Below, piece after piece: positions 25,529 through 38,539 of a stretch of 64,000 nucleotides of DNA. Every line of letters starts with the position of its first letter. The first letter of the stretch is position 1. The notes beneath the pieces are model-generated. The model did no database searches and was not told the origin of the DNA. It worked only from the letters and a program-made list of their open reading frames with translations. The stretch covers positions 34,162,001 through 34,226,000 of the forward strand of contig OX597833.1 in assembly GCA_951406725.2 (NCBI GenBank), read 5' to 3'. The DNA is from Octopus vulgaris (taxonomy: Eukaryota). The translations under genes were made by a program, and so were the position numbers.

Positions 25529-25835
25529 TTGTTATTTTCCTGAATATTTTTGTGATTCTGTCCATTTGTTTGTCTAATCATCACTCTAAGTGAGCAGAGT
25601 CAGTTTAAAAAGCTCACTCCTGCAACAGCTATTAATACATTGTGCCACTGAGGGAGTCACATGATTCAACATCTCTACATAACAGTAGGTTCCATTACAA
25701 TTTCGTAGTTGATTAACCCTCTCAGATCAGGGCTCCTGAGCAAAAAAGAAATAAATTGTTGCATATACAGCTCAAGAGTGATGATTACAGACAAACTAAT
25801 GGACAGAATCACAAAAATATTCAGGAAAATAACAA
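25529..25835. repeat. Inverted repeat, arms about 65 bp, spacer about 175 bp; probable MITE downstream of the RRP1B stop
   Basis: tgttattttcctgaatatttttgtgattctgtccat... pairs with ...atggacagaatcacaaaaatattcaggaaaataaca. Confidence 0.85.
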
Positions 25836-27019
25836 TAGGCCTTTCTCTCAACTACCATAATTGTTCAGCTGAAATGATACTTTCCTCATCACTTTCACCA
25901 GTTTGATTGTCCAAATGACTCTTATTGCCTGCGTAAGGGTAAACTCTGTCTGAAGAAAAAATATTGTCAATATCATAATCAGCTGCAAAGAGTCTAGGCC
26001 TAGCTCGTTTACGAGATGAAATTTTGGGTTCATAACATGCTCATTTCATTGCAAAATCTCTCATTTTCTTTATTGAAAACAAGTAAACATCATCTATGGG
26101 GTGCATCATTAACAATAAGTCATAAAGACTCTTGCCAATAAAGCTGCAACATGATAGGTTGTCTAATTTTAGTAATTTGTCTTCTTTTTCTATATGTTGT
26201 TCATTACCACTTTAACAGGAATCGGGCTGGTAGAGATTATGTTTATGCTATTCCTGGTATACCAAGAACACATCACAATAGGGTTAAATATGGGATAGGT
26301 GGGGGCAATAGCCAAAGAAAAAAAACCGTTATGTGGTTATTCAACCTAACAGAAAATAACAACCATACCTCCCCTAAATTACACGTTATTCTCTTTGAAA
26401 TAAAAAGAAGTCACATTGGATAATAGAGTCCTAGATAAGCTATGTATGGAGAAAAAACCTCAAAATGATCATTGTTTAAATCTATTTGGTTGTTGGTTGA
26501 CATGGGATTAAACAAGAAAAACAATAACAGTTCATATCAATAGCAAAAATAATTCCCATTTTACCAGAGAAAAATGAATGGAAACTTGTATAGATTATCA
26601 AAAATGGACTTTATTTTTCTCACACTTTACAAACAATATATATATTTTATAGTGCCCCTAATTGTACAGGGCCACTCCCATCACTCTTGACTGTAAATAG
26701 TGAACCAGTGACTGGGATGTTGGAAACCCATAACAAATGATGGGCAGTATAAATAAGGTAGGATGTTTTTGTTCAAGAACACCAGTTTATTAGCTTTCTT
26801 GCTAATATATCATCATTAATTTTACATGTTTTCCGATGCAAGTATGGGTTTGATGAAACTTAATTGTGGTAAATTTTCCATGGGTAGATATTGTTCCTAT
26901 TGCCTACACAACTAAGGAACATTTGTTCAATGGAAAAAAAAAGTAAACACGTCACTGCTAATGATAACATGCAGAATTGAGATGTGCTGTGACTGCGAAG
27001 ACCTGACAATTGAAGTGAG

Positions 27020-27460
27020 TTCATGGCTCGCAGGATGGCCTGCTGTGCTAACCTTGGATCATAGAGTGACCTGCTGTGCTTGAGGAGACCTGTTGAGTCA
27101 AGTACATCAACATCAAAATAAAAATCAAATGGAAATTGTAGTTATACTCGTGCTGGTGGCGTGTAAAAAGCACCATCCGAAGTGGCAGATGCCAGCGTCG
27201 CCTGACTGGCGTCTGTGTTGGTGACATGTAAAAAGCACCAACCGATTATGGCCGTTTGCCAGCGTCCTCTGGCCCCTGTGCTGGTGGCACGTAAAAAACA
27301 CCCACTACACTCACAGAGTGGTTGGCATTAGGAAGGGCATCAAGCTGTAAAAACACTGCCAGATCAGACTGGAGCCTGGCACAGCCTCCTGGCTTCCCAG
27401 ACCCTGGTTGAACCGTCCAACCCATGCTAGCATGGAAAACGGAAGTTGATGATGATGATA
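27020..27460 (+). mobile_element. SINE-related dispersed repeat with internal tandem array
   Basis: Same family as 11090-11560; reverse-complement match to 36975-37345. Confidence 0.75.
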
Positions 27461-29105
27461 CACATTTGTGTGTATATACATATATATCATCGTGATTTAA
27501 TGTCCATTCTCCATGCTGGCATGGATTTGATGATTGAACATCTAGAGTCAGAGGCATGTAGTTAGGGTATTCAGCACATGATCATATGGTCATGAGTTCA
27601 ATTCCTGGTGGCACTTTGTATCCTTGAGCAAGACACCTTTATTTCATGTTGCTCCAGTCCACTCAGCTAGTAATATTTCAAAGGGTCAGCCTTGTCACAT
27701 TGTATCATACCTGAGAACTATGTTAAGTGTACATGCTCAACGACTTGCACATTGATTTCAAGAGCTGGCTGTTTCATTGATTGAATCAACTGGAACCCTC
27801 ATAGTCGTAATCAATGGAGTGTCAGAGTCAGAGGATCACATGCTCTGACTGTTTTGGCATAGATGTTTATGGCTGGATGTCCTTCCTAACGCCAACCACT
27901 TTCCTGTGAATACTGGGTATTTTTATCATAGCAGCAACTTACAGTAAAAGAAATTGCAATGATTTTAAGCAAAAAGTTGAAAGGAACAGGTTTATATTTG
28001 TGTGATAGTGAAGAGAATAAGAGTATTCACTATCAGGGGAGAGTGGCTTAGTGTTGGTTAATAAGAGAGGGATACAGTAGTTATGGTGAGTATGAGTGAG
28101 AGGTACACTGGAAGAGAATATGAAAGAGAAAATAGTTGAAGGTGAGGAGTTATGGAGGGATGAGGACAGAAAAAGAGGCAGAGGGGGATGATGGATAACA
28201 GTTGAGGTAAGCAAGCATTACAAGTGGGGAAATAGATGGAGGAAGAAAAGGTAGACACAGAGCATGATGATGATGGACCAATACAGTCTCTCATATATAA
28301 GCCTAGTGAAGGATGGGTAGGGGCAGTATGTGGAGCAACAGTTCATACGTGGTGGAGATGGGTGTGATTGATAGGCAGATGAGTGAAGTGAAAAGGAGAG
28401 AAATTGGGAAATGAGTATTTATGTGTGTGTGTATATATACATGCATACACTGCAGACTTCCTTGCAGTTTCCATCTAATTTTACTTAGATGGCATTAGTC
28501 TCTCCAAGGCTACAGTCAATGATATTTGCCTAAGATACCGTATAGTGGGATTGAATCTGGACAATGCCTGCACCTATATATATTCAGACTGCCATACACT
28601 CAAATTTACTCACAAAGCTTGGGTTGACCCAGAAGCTATGATTGAAGACACTTGCCAAACGTTGCTGTGTAGTGGATCAAACTTGGAACAGTCTGATGCT
28701 TTGTTACATCCACCTTTGAACTAATGTTAAAGTTGATACAAAGTCACATTTGTGAATAGAGATCAGTTATATTGATTACAATACTTAACTGGTACTCCAG
28801 ACCCTTTAAAAGATGAAAAGCAAAGTTGACCCAGCAGGATTTAAAAGCATGAAACTATCACATGATATTTTGTCTACTGGTTTCCCAATAATGGTTTCTT
28901 ACATCAGCACAAATTTGCAATCATCACCAGTCCATTCCCTAATATGTATTTGTGTCAGCTCAGAAGGATTTCCCAGTAGAATTTGAACTCAATAAATAGT
29001 GAAGTGTATTTAATTCAACAGTCAAATGTTTCTGTCCATCTCCTCAAAAAAAAAAAAAAAAAAAATCAAATGATATGATGTAGTGCTGGTAGGGCTCCTA
29101 AACCA

Positions 29106-29389
29106 TTAGCACAGAATGATATGTGCATCTGTGTGCAGCAAGATGCAGACTAATTGAATAGCTCTCTTCCAACCATGAATTTTACTGTGGAAGTCATCAA
29201 GTATGTGATACTTGGAAAGTGGTGAACCTCTGCAGTGAGCTTCTGATAGAATCTCTGAATTTGGCAAACCAGAATTCAGCTGAACTCTAACTTGATAATT
29301 TCGGAAACTGTCTGCAAGCTTAGAGATAATTTCTGCCTGATACAAATCTTCAGTGTTAGATGTTCCACTGTACTGTTGCTTCAATGCAT
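29106..29389 (-). CDS. BBS12: BBS12-like last coding exon
   Basis: gttaacag|AT...TAA; ALKQQYSG...LYQAEIISKLADSF...KIHGWKRAIQLVCILLHTDAHIILC*. Confidence 0.9.
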
Positions 29390-30003
29390 CTGTTAACAAA
29401 ACCAAAGTAAAAAGCTTTAACAAGATTGATTTGCTCAATTTTTCTATGTGAATATAACAGAATACAACCTCTGTTTAGTAACTAAAAATAAATCTTAATA
29501 TCACACTGATATTTATCAACCCATGAGTCAAAAGATGAAATGCCCTCTTGCAACATGATTTCAGACTGGTGTAAATGGTTTGACTACAGAGAATGTCAAA
29601 TGACAACTGATAGAAACATTTGTCTTACTTTTCAGCAGGTCAGGTGATTATGTAAAAGTTTACATAGAGTGCTGTCATTACTGCTGCAACACTTGCAGGA
29701 ACTTCAAACTTAGCACTATATATCCATGAGGTATTCATTACACATCTCTGCTATATATGTATATATAGCAGTGAACTATATAGGTGTATGTGTATTTGCT
29801 TGAGGGGAAGGTTGGCAAGTCTTTATACTTCTGTAGAAACTGTTGTTAGTGTGGGGCATGTTCTTTTTGAGCCTCAACTTATGATTTTGTACACTCAGAA
29901 ACTTTAACCTAATTACTTGCCATTGCAACTATCCTTACATGAATCATCATTTGCAACTTAGCCTGCTTTACCTCACATTATAATAGAAATCATATGAACT
30001 GAC

Positions 30004-30169
30004 CTGATTTAGCTTCAAGGTATTCTGCAATCCATAGCTCAGTCATACCTTGTCCGGCAAGGAATTTACTATGACTTAATACACTTGAAACACGGTGACA
30101 ACACAGCCAGAATTCTTGTTCCAACACATCAAGACCAGCACAAGTGGCATGGCACAATATCAAAGTCTG
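30004..30169 (-). CDS. BBS12: BBS12-like exon (NAGNAG acceptor; alternative start 30166)
   Basis: cttcacag|CAG...G|gtcagt; QTLILCHATCAGLDVLEQEFWLCCHRVSSVLSHSKFLAGQGMTELWIAEYLEAKS. Confidence 0.88.
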
Positions 30170-30785
30170 CTGTGAAGAGAGGAAACAAACCATTATGTAG
30201 TCATAGTATTGTGATTATTAAGTCAACTAAGTAAAAGTGTTACAGCATCAAGCAAACTGCTTCATGTATCTAGTTAGTCTCCTTTATGTTCTTAGTTCAT
30301 AGTGAAACAAAAGTGTTGCACTGATCACTTGTTTAGAGTGACAGTCTTGTGAAAACCGTTTAGTATTCAGATTTTTCAGTCAAATATAAGATTTCTTCTG
30401 TCACATTATTTTGATTTAATCTGCATAATCTCATAGCCTTGAGATTTTGAGGATTATTTTTATTTTTAGAATGCCATTACAGAGTAGTTGTGAGAGAGCT
30501 GGTTTGAACACAAAACAGGTAGACTATTCTGACGGGATAGGGCCAGTTTAAATGCTAAAAGGTCCATATCATGAACAATTAAAATGGGAACAAATATCAG
30601 GAAATATGCAATAATTCCAATAGCAACACCTTATCACACAGTGTAGCACTGATTCTGTCTGAGAATGATATTAAGGTGGTTTTGTTAAATGAACTGGAAT
30701 ACACATTGTTAAGAGATTAGTGGAGTCCCACCTCTCTCTTTTGTGATTGTAAACCATTTATTAAAAACAAAAACCAAAGACTTAC

Positions 30786-30887
30786 CTGAACTTCAGACTG
30801 GTTTGACCGAAGAATCAAAAAGGTTTTTGTATTTTTCTGCAGAACGGAATTCAGGATTTTCACAGTTACACCTGATATTGTATTTTC
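30786..30887 (-). CDS. BBS12: BBS12-like exon
   Basis: ttttgccag|GAA...CAG|gtaagt; ENTISGVTVKILNSVLQKNTKTFLILRSNQSEVQ. Confidence 0.8.
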
Positions 30888-32650
30888 CTGGCAAAAATGA
30901 ATAGTGAAATAAAATACTGCATATCTAAATCCCCACAATTATAGCAATATGATTTAATTATCTGAATCCCTTTCTCCTTATGAAAAAGGGTTCATGATTT
31001 TTCTCATTTTGTATCTTTGTATTTATCCTACTTTGTGTGGGGTCAGATCATTTTTTATTGATGTAACTAAAACATGTTGCCCATTTCTCTCCACAATGAG
31101 GCTGGTGTGATAGGAGACAGAATTTGAATTCAAAACACTGTTCAAAAAGATAAGGCATTTTCTCCAACCCTCTAAATATTTCACCCTACACTGGTACTCT
31201 TTTTATTGACTCCCAAAGGAGGTAAGGCAAAGTTGACCTCACTGAGACTTGAACTGAGTGCTGAAACCCAGAACAAATACCACAGGGTATTTTATCCAAT
31301 ACTAACATCTCAATTCCTCACTTCAATGATGGAGATTTAAGTTTTATTATTTTATTGTATCTCTTCTAAAGATCCTTTGTTTTCTTAGCTAACATGAGTG
31401 ATTGAGTTTTTTTGTAGATTTACATATTTTTTTCTACTGGTTTCAGTCATTGGACTATGGCCATATTGGTGCTATTGTCTCATGGCTATGCAACTATTGG
31501 CCATTCGAATGACAAAACAGGTAGCATCACTTGGTATCCACTTTTTCATGCTTGCATTGGCCAGGTACTTTCCTACTGCAGACCCTCACCCATTTCCAAG
31601 TAAGGTAATATTTCCTATGGCCCAGATGTGAGTTTCATGTATGAGGGTGATACTTGTTTACGGACATCATGTGTTATTGAGGCAAGGGTATACACACACA
31701 TATCTGTGTGTATGCATATATATATAGACACACACACAATAGGTATCTGTTTACCAAATCCACTCTAAGGCTTTGGTTATCCTAGGGCTATAGAAGAAGA
31801 CACCCAAGATGTCACACAGTGGGACTGAACCAGAGATTACATGGTTGAGAAATAAACTTGTTAACCACACAGCCATGTTTGCACCAAACATCACTAAAGA
31901 ATTTAAATGGTAGACTTTCACAGAAAATCATTAAAACCTGCTATGTTCATTATTAACATTATGCTTTATGTAGAATAACTACTTATTCACTCTGCTGGAT
32001 GTGTCAACACTTAATTTTTATTACTGCATCTCAGAAAAGCTGTTCTCGTATCTGGAATGAATATGACCGAGATGGAGCCTTAACAATTGTAAGTTAATAT
32101 CTAAATACTAAAAGGTATATATATAAGGATGAAAGAATGCTTATTGAATAGAACTCCATTGATTAATACAAGCATATTGTTGTAAGGGTATGTAAATATA
32201 GCACAAGAAATAATGAATAAAACTCAGCAAGACATGAAAACAACAACAGTGGGAAAAACAAGATATTCAGCAGATTCAATCACACTTCCTTAACTCAATA
32301 CTACTGAAACAGAATAAAATATTATAGTTGCACTTTATGAGTCAGTGTGGGTATTGTGGTAATTTGTATTTGTTTTTCTCAATAATGATTTCAAATTTTG
32401 GCACAAGGCCAGCAAGTTTGAGGGGGAGATAAGTCAATTACATCGATCCCAGTGCTTAATTGGTTCTTACTTTATCAACTCTAAAAGGATGAAAGGCAAA
32501 GTTGACCTTGGTAGAATTTGAACTCGACATAAAGGTGGACAAAACACTGCTGAACAGCCCACCTTCTCTCTTCCTCAATATTACAACTCATTCGTATACA
32601 CACACATACAGTTTGTTTATTTTCAGTTCAAAGACATTAATTTATTATAC

Positions 32651-32812
32651 CAGTGTGGCATCCAAAATATAAACAACAGGCTCTGTATTATAAGCTAGTG
32701 TTCTCATTGTAGTATGTGCAACATTGTCAAAAACCAAAATGTGGTCTCCATCCAGCATTGCTTTTAGTTCTTCATCAACTTTACCTCGGGCAATCAAAAT
32801 GGTTATATCCAA
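32651..32812 (-). CDS. BBS12: BBS12-like exon
   Basis: cttctacag|TTG...CTG|gtataa; LDITILIARGKVDEELK...PVVYILDATL. Confidence 0.86.
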
Positions 32813-34256
32813 CTGTAGAAGAAAACAAGGATAATAAAAATACAAAATATTTATATATTTAGTTATTCAAAAAGACATTACAACATTATAATATTCAGTT
32901 TCACACACATAAATATTCTAATCAATGAAATAAATACATTGACAACTGCCTCCATGAAGTCAATTGAACTGCTATAAATAGAAGCCAAATTTCCTGCAAA
33001 CCTTAAATCTAGTATTGCATACCTGTAAAATGATACAATGATCATAGCTAGAATGTCTTTGACCAAAGGTCTGTTTAATCTTAGGGCTGAACAATAGCCT
33101 CATGCTATCAATTATTTAAGTAAAATTATCAAAATTCTAACAAGGCACACAGGCTTTACTAAATTCCACCTTTACAAGACCACATGATGGTCTTGTGTTT
33201 TAATTGATGGGGGTGGATGTCCTTTTTTTTATATGAGACATACTAAAGCAGTTTCTATTAGGATCTGTATTGCTTACATATGCTCTTCTCTCAACATTAT
33301 TGTCTTCTTGTAAAGATCCTTGTTCACAAATGAGAGACACACTTTTCTTTTTAACAGAATTTATCTAAAGACAAAATAACGGTTATGAGTTAATGAAGGA
33401 ATCATCATACGGTTACTCAACTTGGTAGAAATAGCAGCTTATTTCTCTTGAAAATGTCATGTCTTAAAGAAAGGACATTTGATAATTAGATACACTGTCT
33501 AAAGCAAAAGACAACAAAAGAACTGGACGAACACAACAGGAATACTTTTGATCATTGTAAAACTAGGATTGAATAATAATTGGTGCTGTGAAGAACTAGT
33601 TAATATAAACAGAGAAACCAAAAAAACTAGAGATAGCAGCAACTCATCTCCCCACCAGTGATATATAGAACAACAGTGCCAGGACAGGTGGTGGTGTTGT
33701 GATTAGCAAATGAGCTTCTTAAAAATTATATATTAACGACAGAGGCAGTATCAAAACCAGCACTGGAAACGGAGGGGATTTATCTCCTGCTAGCAATATA
33801 AACAAGAGTGCATTTTGCTCCAAAAGCCAATATGAGAGTTACTCTCATGGTATCTACTGCAGTATATTTTGTTCTAACAGAACATCCACCTTCTCAGTGA
33901 AACCAAACTTAATAGAAAACAATAAAAATCACTTTATATGAAGTGGTTGACATTAGGAAGGGTATCTAGCCATAGAAACCTTGCCACAAGAGACAACTGG
34001 AGTCTGGACAGCTCCTCGGCTGGCCAGCATGGAAAACGGATGTTTAATGATGATGATGTCTGCTTTCCATGGTGGCATGTGTAAGAAAGTGTGTCACAAT
34101 TCAAGTCAGTTCCATTCAGAGTTACTAACCTCCAAGACACGTTGGAGGACCACTTCTCACATGTAATTTGTTTATCCCCTTTTGTGAGGTACCCTATAAA
34201 TAAAAGCAGCAGCCTTGTATAAAGTAATCTATCAGAAGAGAAACATATCTGCTTAC

Positions 34257-34409
34257 TTTCTTGATGAGCCACTGCACTTGTTCCAGCCATCTGTCTTTCT
34301 TGGATGCTGCTTTAGAGATGAACTCTTCATACAAACATTCTTCTTTGACTTCTGCAAGCTTCTTGTAACCAACATGATGGTTGTTGTAGCTAACATCTCC
34401 ATTAAGAAG
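34257..34409 (-). CDS. BBS12: BBS12-like exon
   Basis: ttttctggaag|CTT...AAA|gtaagc; LLNGDVSYNNHHVGYKK...WLEQVQWLIKK. Confidence 0.87.
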
Positions 34410-35395
34410 CTTCCAGAAAAGAAAGAAAAGAGTCAATAAATCTACTTTATTAGGAGCAATTTGATTCAGTGAAGGAAGGAGTGTGTAGGAGTACAACATA
34501 GACCTACTTCTCAATTTCTTATGATATATTCTGTTCTGATAATAAAAGTTTAAAGTCCATGGATCATACAACAGTTGTGAAAGAGCCTGGAACTTAGTGT
34601 AGATGATACAGTAAGTGAAGTTGCAGGCTTGAATCATCTTCAGGTATTTCGTAATAAATTTTATTCCTTATAACATTGGTCTCATTAAGATGAGTTTTAC
34701 AGTCAACAGTTGAAAATTAACTGTTTTCAGTGTGAGATGAGTTGTTTCCTCTTACAGAATTGTAAAAGCAGTATGGCAATCTTATATGGAAACATCTTGG
34801 AAGAATGAGCTATGATGCTCCAAAATCTAGTTAAGAGAGAGCAAAGTATGAGGGACTGAATAAGGTATTAGAATCATCAACGTTCATGAATTGAGTTTTT
34901 TGATGACCAGCATTGTGGGGTTGTATTATAGAAACTTATGGTTCTTGAATGCCAAACAGAAAAGCCAGGAAACTTGCTCAGGTGCTGAATGAGCCAAATG
35001 ACATTTATTTGGATGAATTTAAAAGATGGTAACATTACATGCTATACACTGAGTACAGTTTTTGAGTTAACACTAATGTGAAATCCAGGTTACTTCAATT
35101 TATGACAGCTTCCAACAATAAATGTAAGAACGAGTTAACTGGTTGAAATATTTAGAAATTAACAATATTCTATAAATTTCATATTTTACGTTTGGAAATA
35201 GTGATAGACAAAAAATGTCAGAACAGTTTGATTTAAATGGCTGGTTATGCATCACAGCCTACAAGAAATTTAAAGAATGTAAAGGAAAATAGTTTCTGCA
35301 CATTTTTAGTATTGCTAACAGCTGTAAGTTCAATTCCAATATCAACAGTAAAATAATGTGATTGAAACTTTAGAGTCATGAATTTATTAATGTCC

Positions 35396-35643
35396 TCATA
35401 TATATATATATATACCTATATATACACACACATACATGCATATATATATATTGTGTATATATATATACACACAAATATATATATATATACACATATATTA
35501 TGTATATATAAATATATACCTATATATACATTGTGTGTATATATATATACACACATACATATTATGTGTATATATACATATATATTTTGTGTATATATAT
35601 ACATATATATTGTGTGTATATATATATTCATATATATTATGTC

Positions 35644-35675
<32 letters not shown>
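35396..35675. repeat. Compound (TA)n/(CA)n/(TG)n microsatellite
   Basis: Direct reading; it produces the spurious YIYI ORFs. Confidence 0.9.
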
Positions 35676-35676
<1 letters not shown>

Positions 35677-35749
35677 TCTTCGGCATCTATTTTGTCTCGG
35701 GGAAACAATGGAGTTGCGCATAAAATAATCTAGTCCGGCTTTTACATAA

Positions 35750-36655
35750 TACATCTCCTGCTGTGGCTGTGTAGTCCTATCCTGGACAAACACTCTCTCT
35801 GGCAGGTACCGCAAATGTAGTGAAGACTTTGCCTGGCTGGTTGTAATGTCATAGTTTCTTGTTGACGTCTTTTCTTGTCTTTCCATTTCTTTGTGTTCCC
35901 TCTGCTATGGTGCATCACCAATCTCCACGGTTGCTGGCAACTGCTTCCCAGTTGCTAATATTGACCTTTCCATGATATGCAAGACACCATACAGCACAAT
36001 GGTTCGACATCAGCCGCCTTCCAAATAAAGAACAGGGTAAAGCAAGGCTGTGTCCTTGCTCCTACATTATTTGGCATCTTCTCGCTGATGCTGTCACATG
36101 CCTTTGAGATGGAGTGTTTCTGCACAACAGAAGTGACAGGAAACTGTTCAATCTCTCGCGTCTGCATGCCAAAATCAGAAGCATCCTGATCAAGATGCTA
36201 TTTGCTGATGATGCCGCTCTGATATCACACACAGAAGCCCTACAAAGGCTCATCAACTGTTTTGAGCAAGTATGTAGCGACTTTGGCTTAGTTATCAGCC
36301 TCAAGAAGACCAACATCATGGGTCAGGCTACATCGGACATCCCAAACATACATATTGGAGACCACAGACTACAGGAGGTGGAGAAGTTTACCCATCTTGG
36401 CTCTGTCATCACCTACAACCTATTCCTTGATGCCGAGCTCAATATATGCATTGGCAAAGCAGCTGCTATGAAGGCCCAACTCATTAAACGGGCATGGGAC
36501 AACAATAAGCTGACCAAGACCACAAAAATGAAGATTTACCAGGCATGTGTACTTAGCACTCAACTGTATGGCAGTGAGATCTGGACGCCATGCACACGCC
36601 AAGAGTGTCGCCTAAATATCTTTCACCTGCGCTGCCTCCGGAAAATCCTCCAGAA
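35750..36655 (+). mobile_element. RTE/BovB-type LINE reverse transcriptase fragment
   Basis: VKQGCVLAPTLFGIF, LFADDAAL, FGLVISLKKT, KIYQACVLSTQLYGSEIW, FHLRCLRKIL; frameshifted. Confidence 0.9.
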
Positions 36656-36699
36656 AACACGCGTTGTTGTGTTTTCTCTTTGTTCATGTTTGGATTAAC

Positions 36700-36820
36700 T
36701 ATATATATATTTATATACACTTCTATATATGTATATATACATGTATATATATATGTGTGTGTGTATATGTATTTATATATATAGATATATATATACATGT
36801 ATATATATGTAAATATATAT
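36700..36820. repeat. Compound (TA)n/(TG)n microsatellite
   Basis: Direct reading. Confidence 0.85.
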
Positions 36821-36974
36821 ACGAGATATGCATTGCTAAAGTTGTATAGTACACTTATTGCAAAAGCACATATTTTGTTTTTATCTATCTTCTATTCCTT
36901 TTCGTCCTATAGATGTACAGACACACAGACGTTGAGCTATATTATATAGAAGATATATGATATGTATATATATC

Positions 36975-37830
36975 ATCACCATCATCATCGTTTAACGTCC
37001 GTTTTCCATGCTAGCATGGGTTGGACGGTTCGACCAGGGTCTGGGAAGCCAGGAGGCTGCGCCAGGCTCCAGTCTGATCCGGCAGTGTTTCTACTGCTGG
37101 ATGCCCTTCCTTACGCCAACCACTCCGTGAGTGTAGTGGGTGCTTTTTATGTGCCAGGCAAGGCTGGCAATGGCCACGATTGGCTGGTGCTTTTTACGTG
37201 CCACCGGCACAGAAGCCGGTCAAGGCGACGCTGGCATCGGCCACGTCCGGATGGTGCTTTTTATGTGCCACCGGCACAGGTATCACAACTACAATTTCCA
37301 TTTGATTTTTGACGTACTTGACTCAATAGGTCTCCTCAAGCACAATGTGTGTGTATATATATATATCATCATCATTCTTTAACGTCCGCTTTCCATGCTA
37401 GCATGGGTTGGACGATTTGACTGAGGACTGGCGAACCAGATGGCTGTGCCAGGCTCCAATCTCATATGGTAGAGCTTCCACAGCCAGATGCCCTTCCTAA
37501 CGCCAACCACTCCTAGAGTGCAGTGGGTGCTTTTATGTGCCACATGCACGAGGGCCAGTCTGGCAGTACTGGCTACGGCTACGCTCGAAATGGTGTTTCT
37601 TTATGTTCCACTGCACAGGAGTCAGTCCAGCGGCACTGGCAACAACCTCGCTCAAATGTTTTGTTCTCGTGCCAGTAAGACGATGCTGGTAACGATCACG
37701 CTTAAATGGTGTTTTTTATGTGCTCACCAGCATGGAAGCCAGACAGCTGCTCTGGCAGTGATCCCGCTCAGATGGAGTTGTTAGCACTCCACTGGCATGG
37801 GTGCCAGTCATCGAATTTGGTTCAATTTAT
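36975..37830 (-). mobile_element. Two adjacent SINE-related repeats with internal tandem arrays
   Basis: Copies at about 36975-37345 and 37367-37830, each starting (cat)n-tttaacgtccg.tttccatgctagcatgggttggacg and containing gatgccctt..tacgccaaccactcc. Confidence 0.8.
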
Positions 37831-38087
37831 ATATACACAAACACACACACACACATAATATAATATATATATATATATATCATCATCATCATCATCATCG
37901 TATTTATGTAATATAATATATATATAATACATAATATATATATGTATAATATATATACAATATATATATACGCAATATATAATATATAACACTGCATAGT
38001 GCTATGATTATATTTGAATTTTCAAGCGTTTCTCTTCTTCATGGATATTAGTGATGTCAATAATTAACTTATCGCTCCACAAATCAA

Positions 38088-38450
38088 TTTTCACCACCTC
38101 TTTTCTAATATGTAGCAAATGTGCCTGTGTGTGTATATCATGTTATGTATTGCATGCCTAGCTCCAATCTATTATTTATTTGTGGGTATAATCTATAGAT
38201 AATCAAAGCTTCCTTAAGTTGCCGAGATTTCTAAAAAACACACTGATAGATGTAAAAATACCAACAAACAAATTAAAGTTACTATTGAAGCCAATGATAG
38301 AAATCTCGGCAACTTAAGAATTAAGGAAGCTTTCATTATCTATAAATTAAACTCACAAATAAATAATAGATTGCAGCTAGGCACACAATACATAACATGA
38401 CATACACACACAGGCACATTTGCTACATATTAGGAAAGAGGTGATGAAAA
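38088..38450. repeat. Long hairpin or foldback element, arms about 145 bp, loop about 65 bp
   Basis: 38088-38233 is the reverse complement of 38298-38450, with scattered mismatches and one small indel. Confidence 0.9.
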
Positions 38451-38539
38451 GTCTGTTCTGTAAAAAAATAAAATTTCCACCAGTGGAAATAACTCACCAG
38501 CTGAATTGAAGAAAAAATTTTAAAACTTCTTTCATGAAG

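Noticed and set aside
26151-26423. 90-aa ORF with hydrophobic N-terminus (possible small membrane protein)
   Set aside because: No recognisable homology or splice support; hydrophobic runs arise easily in T-rich DNA.
32878-33066. Minus-strand ORF with a good acceptor (YAILDLRFAGNL...)
   Set aside because: The flanking BBS12 exons already join in phase and collinearly, and this peptide has no recognisable homology or clear donor.
35378-35886. Several overlapping ORFs rich in Y, I, C and V
   Set aside because: Translations of (TA)n/(TG)n microsatellites.
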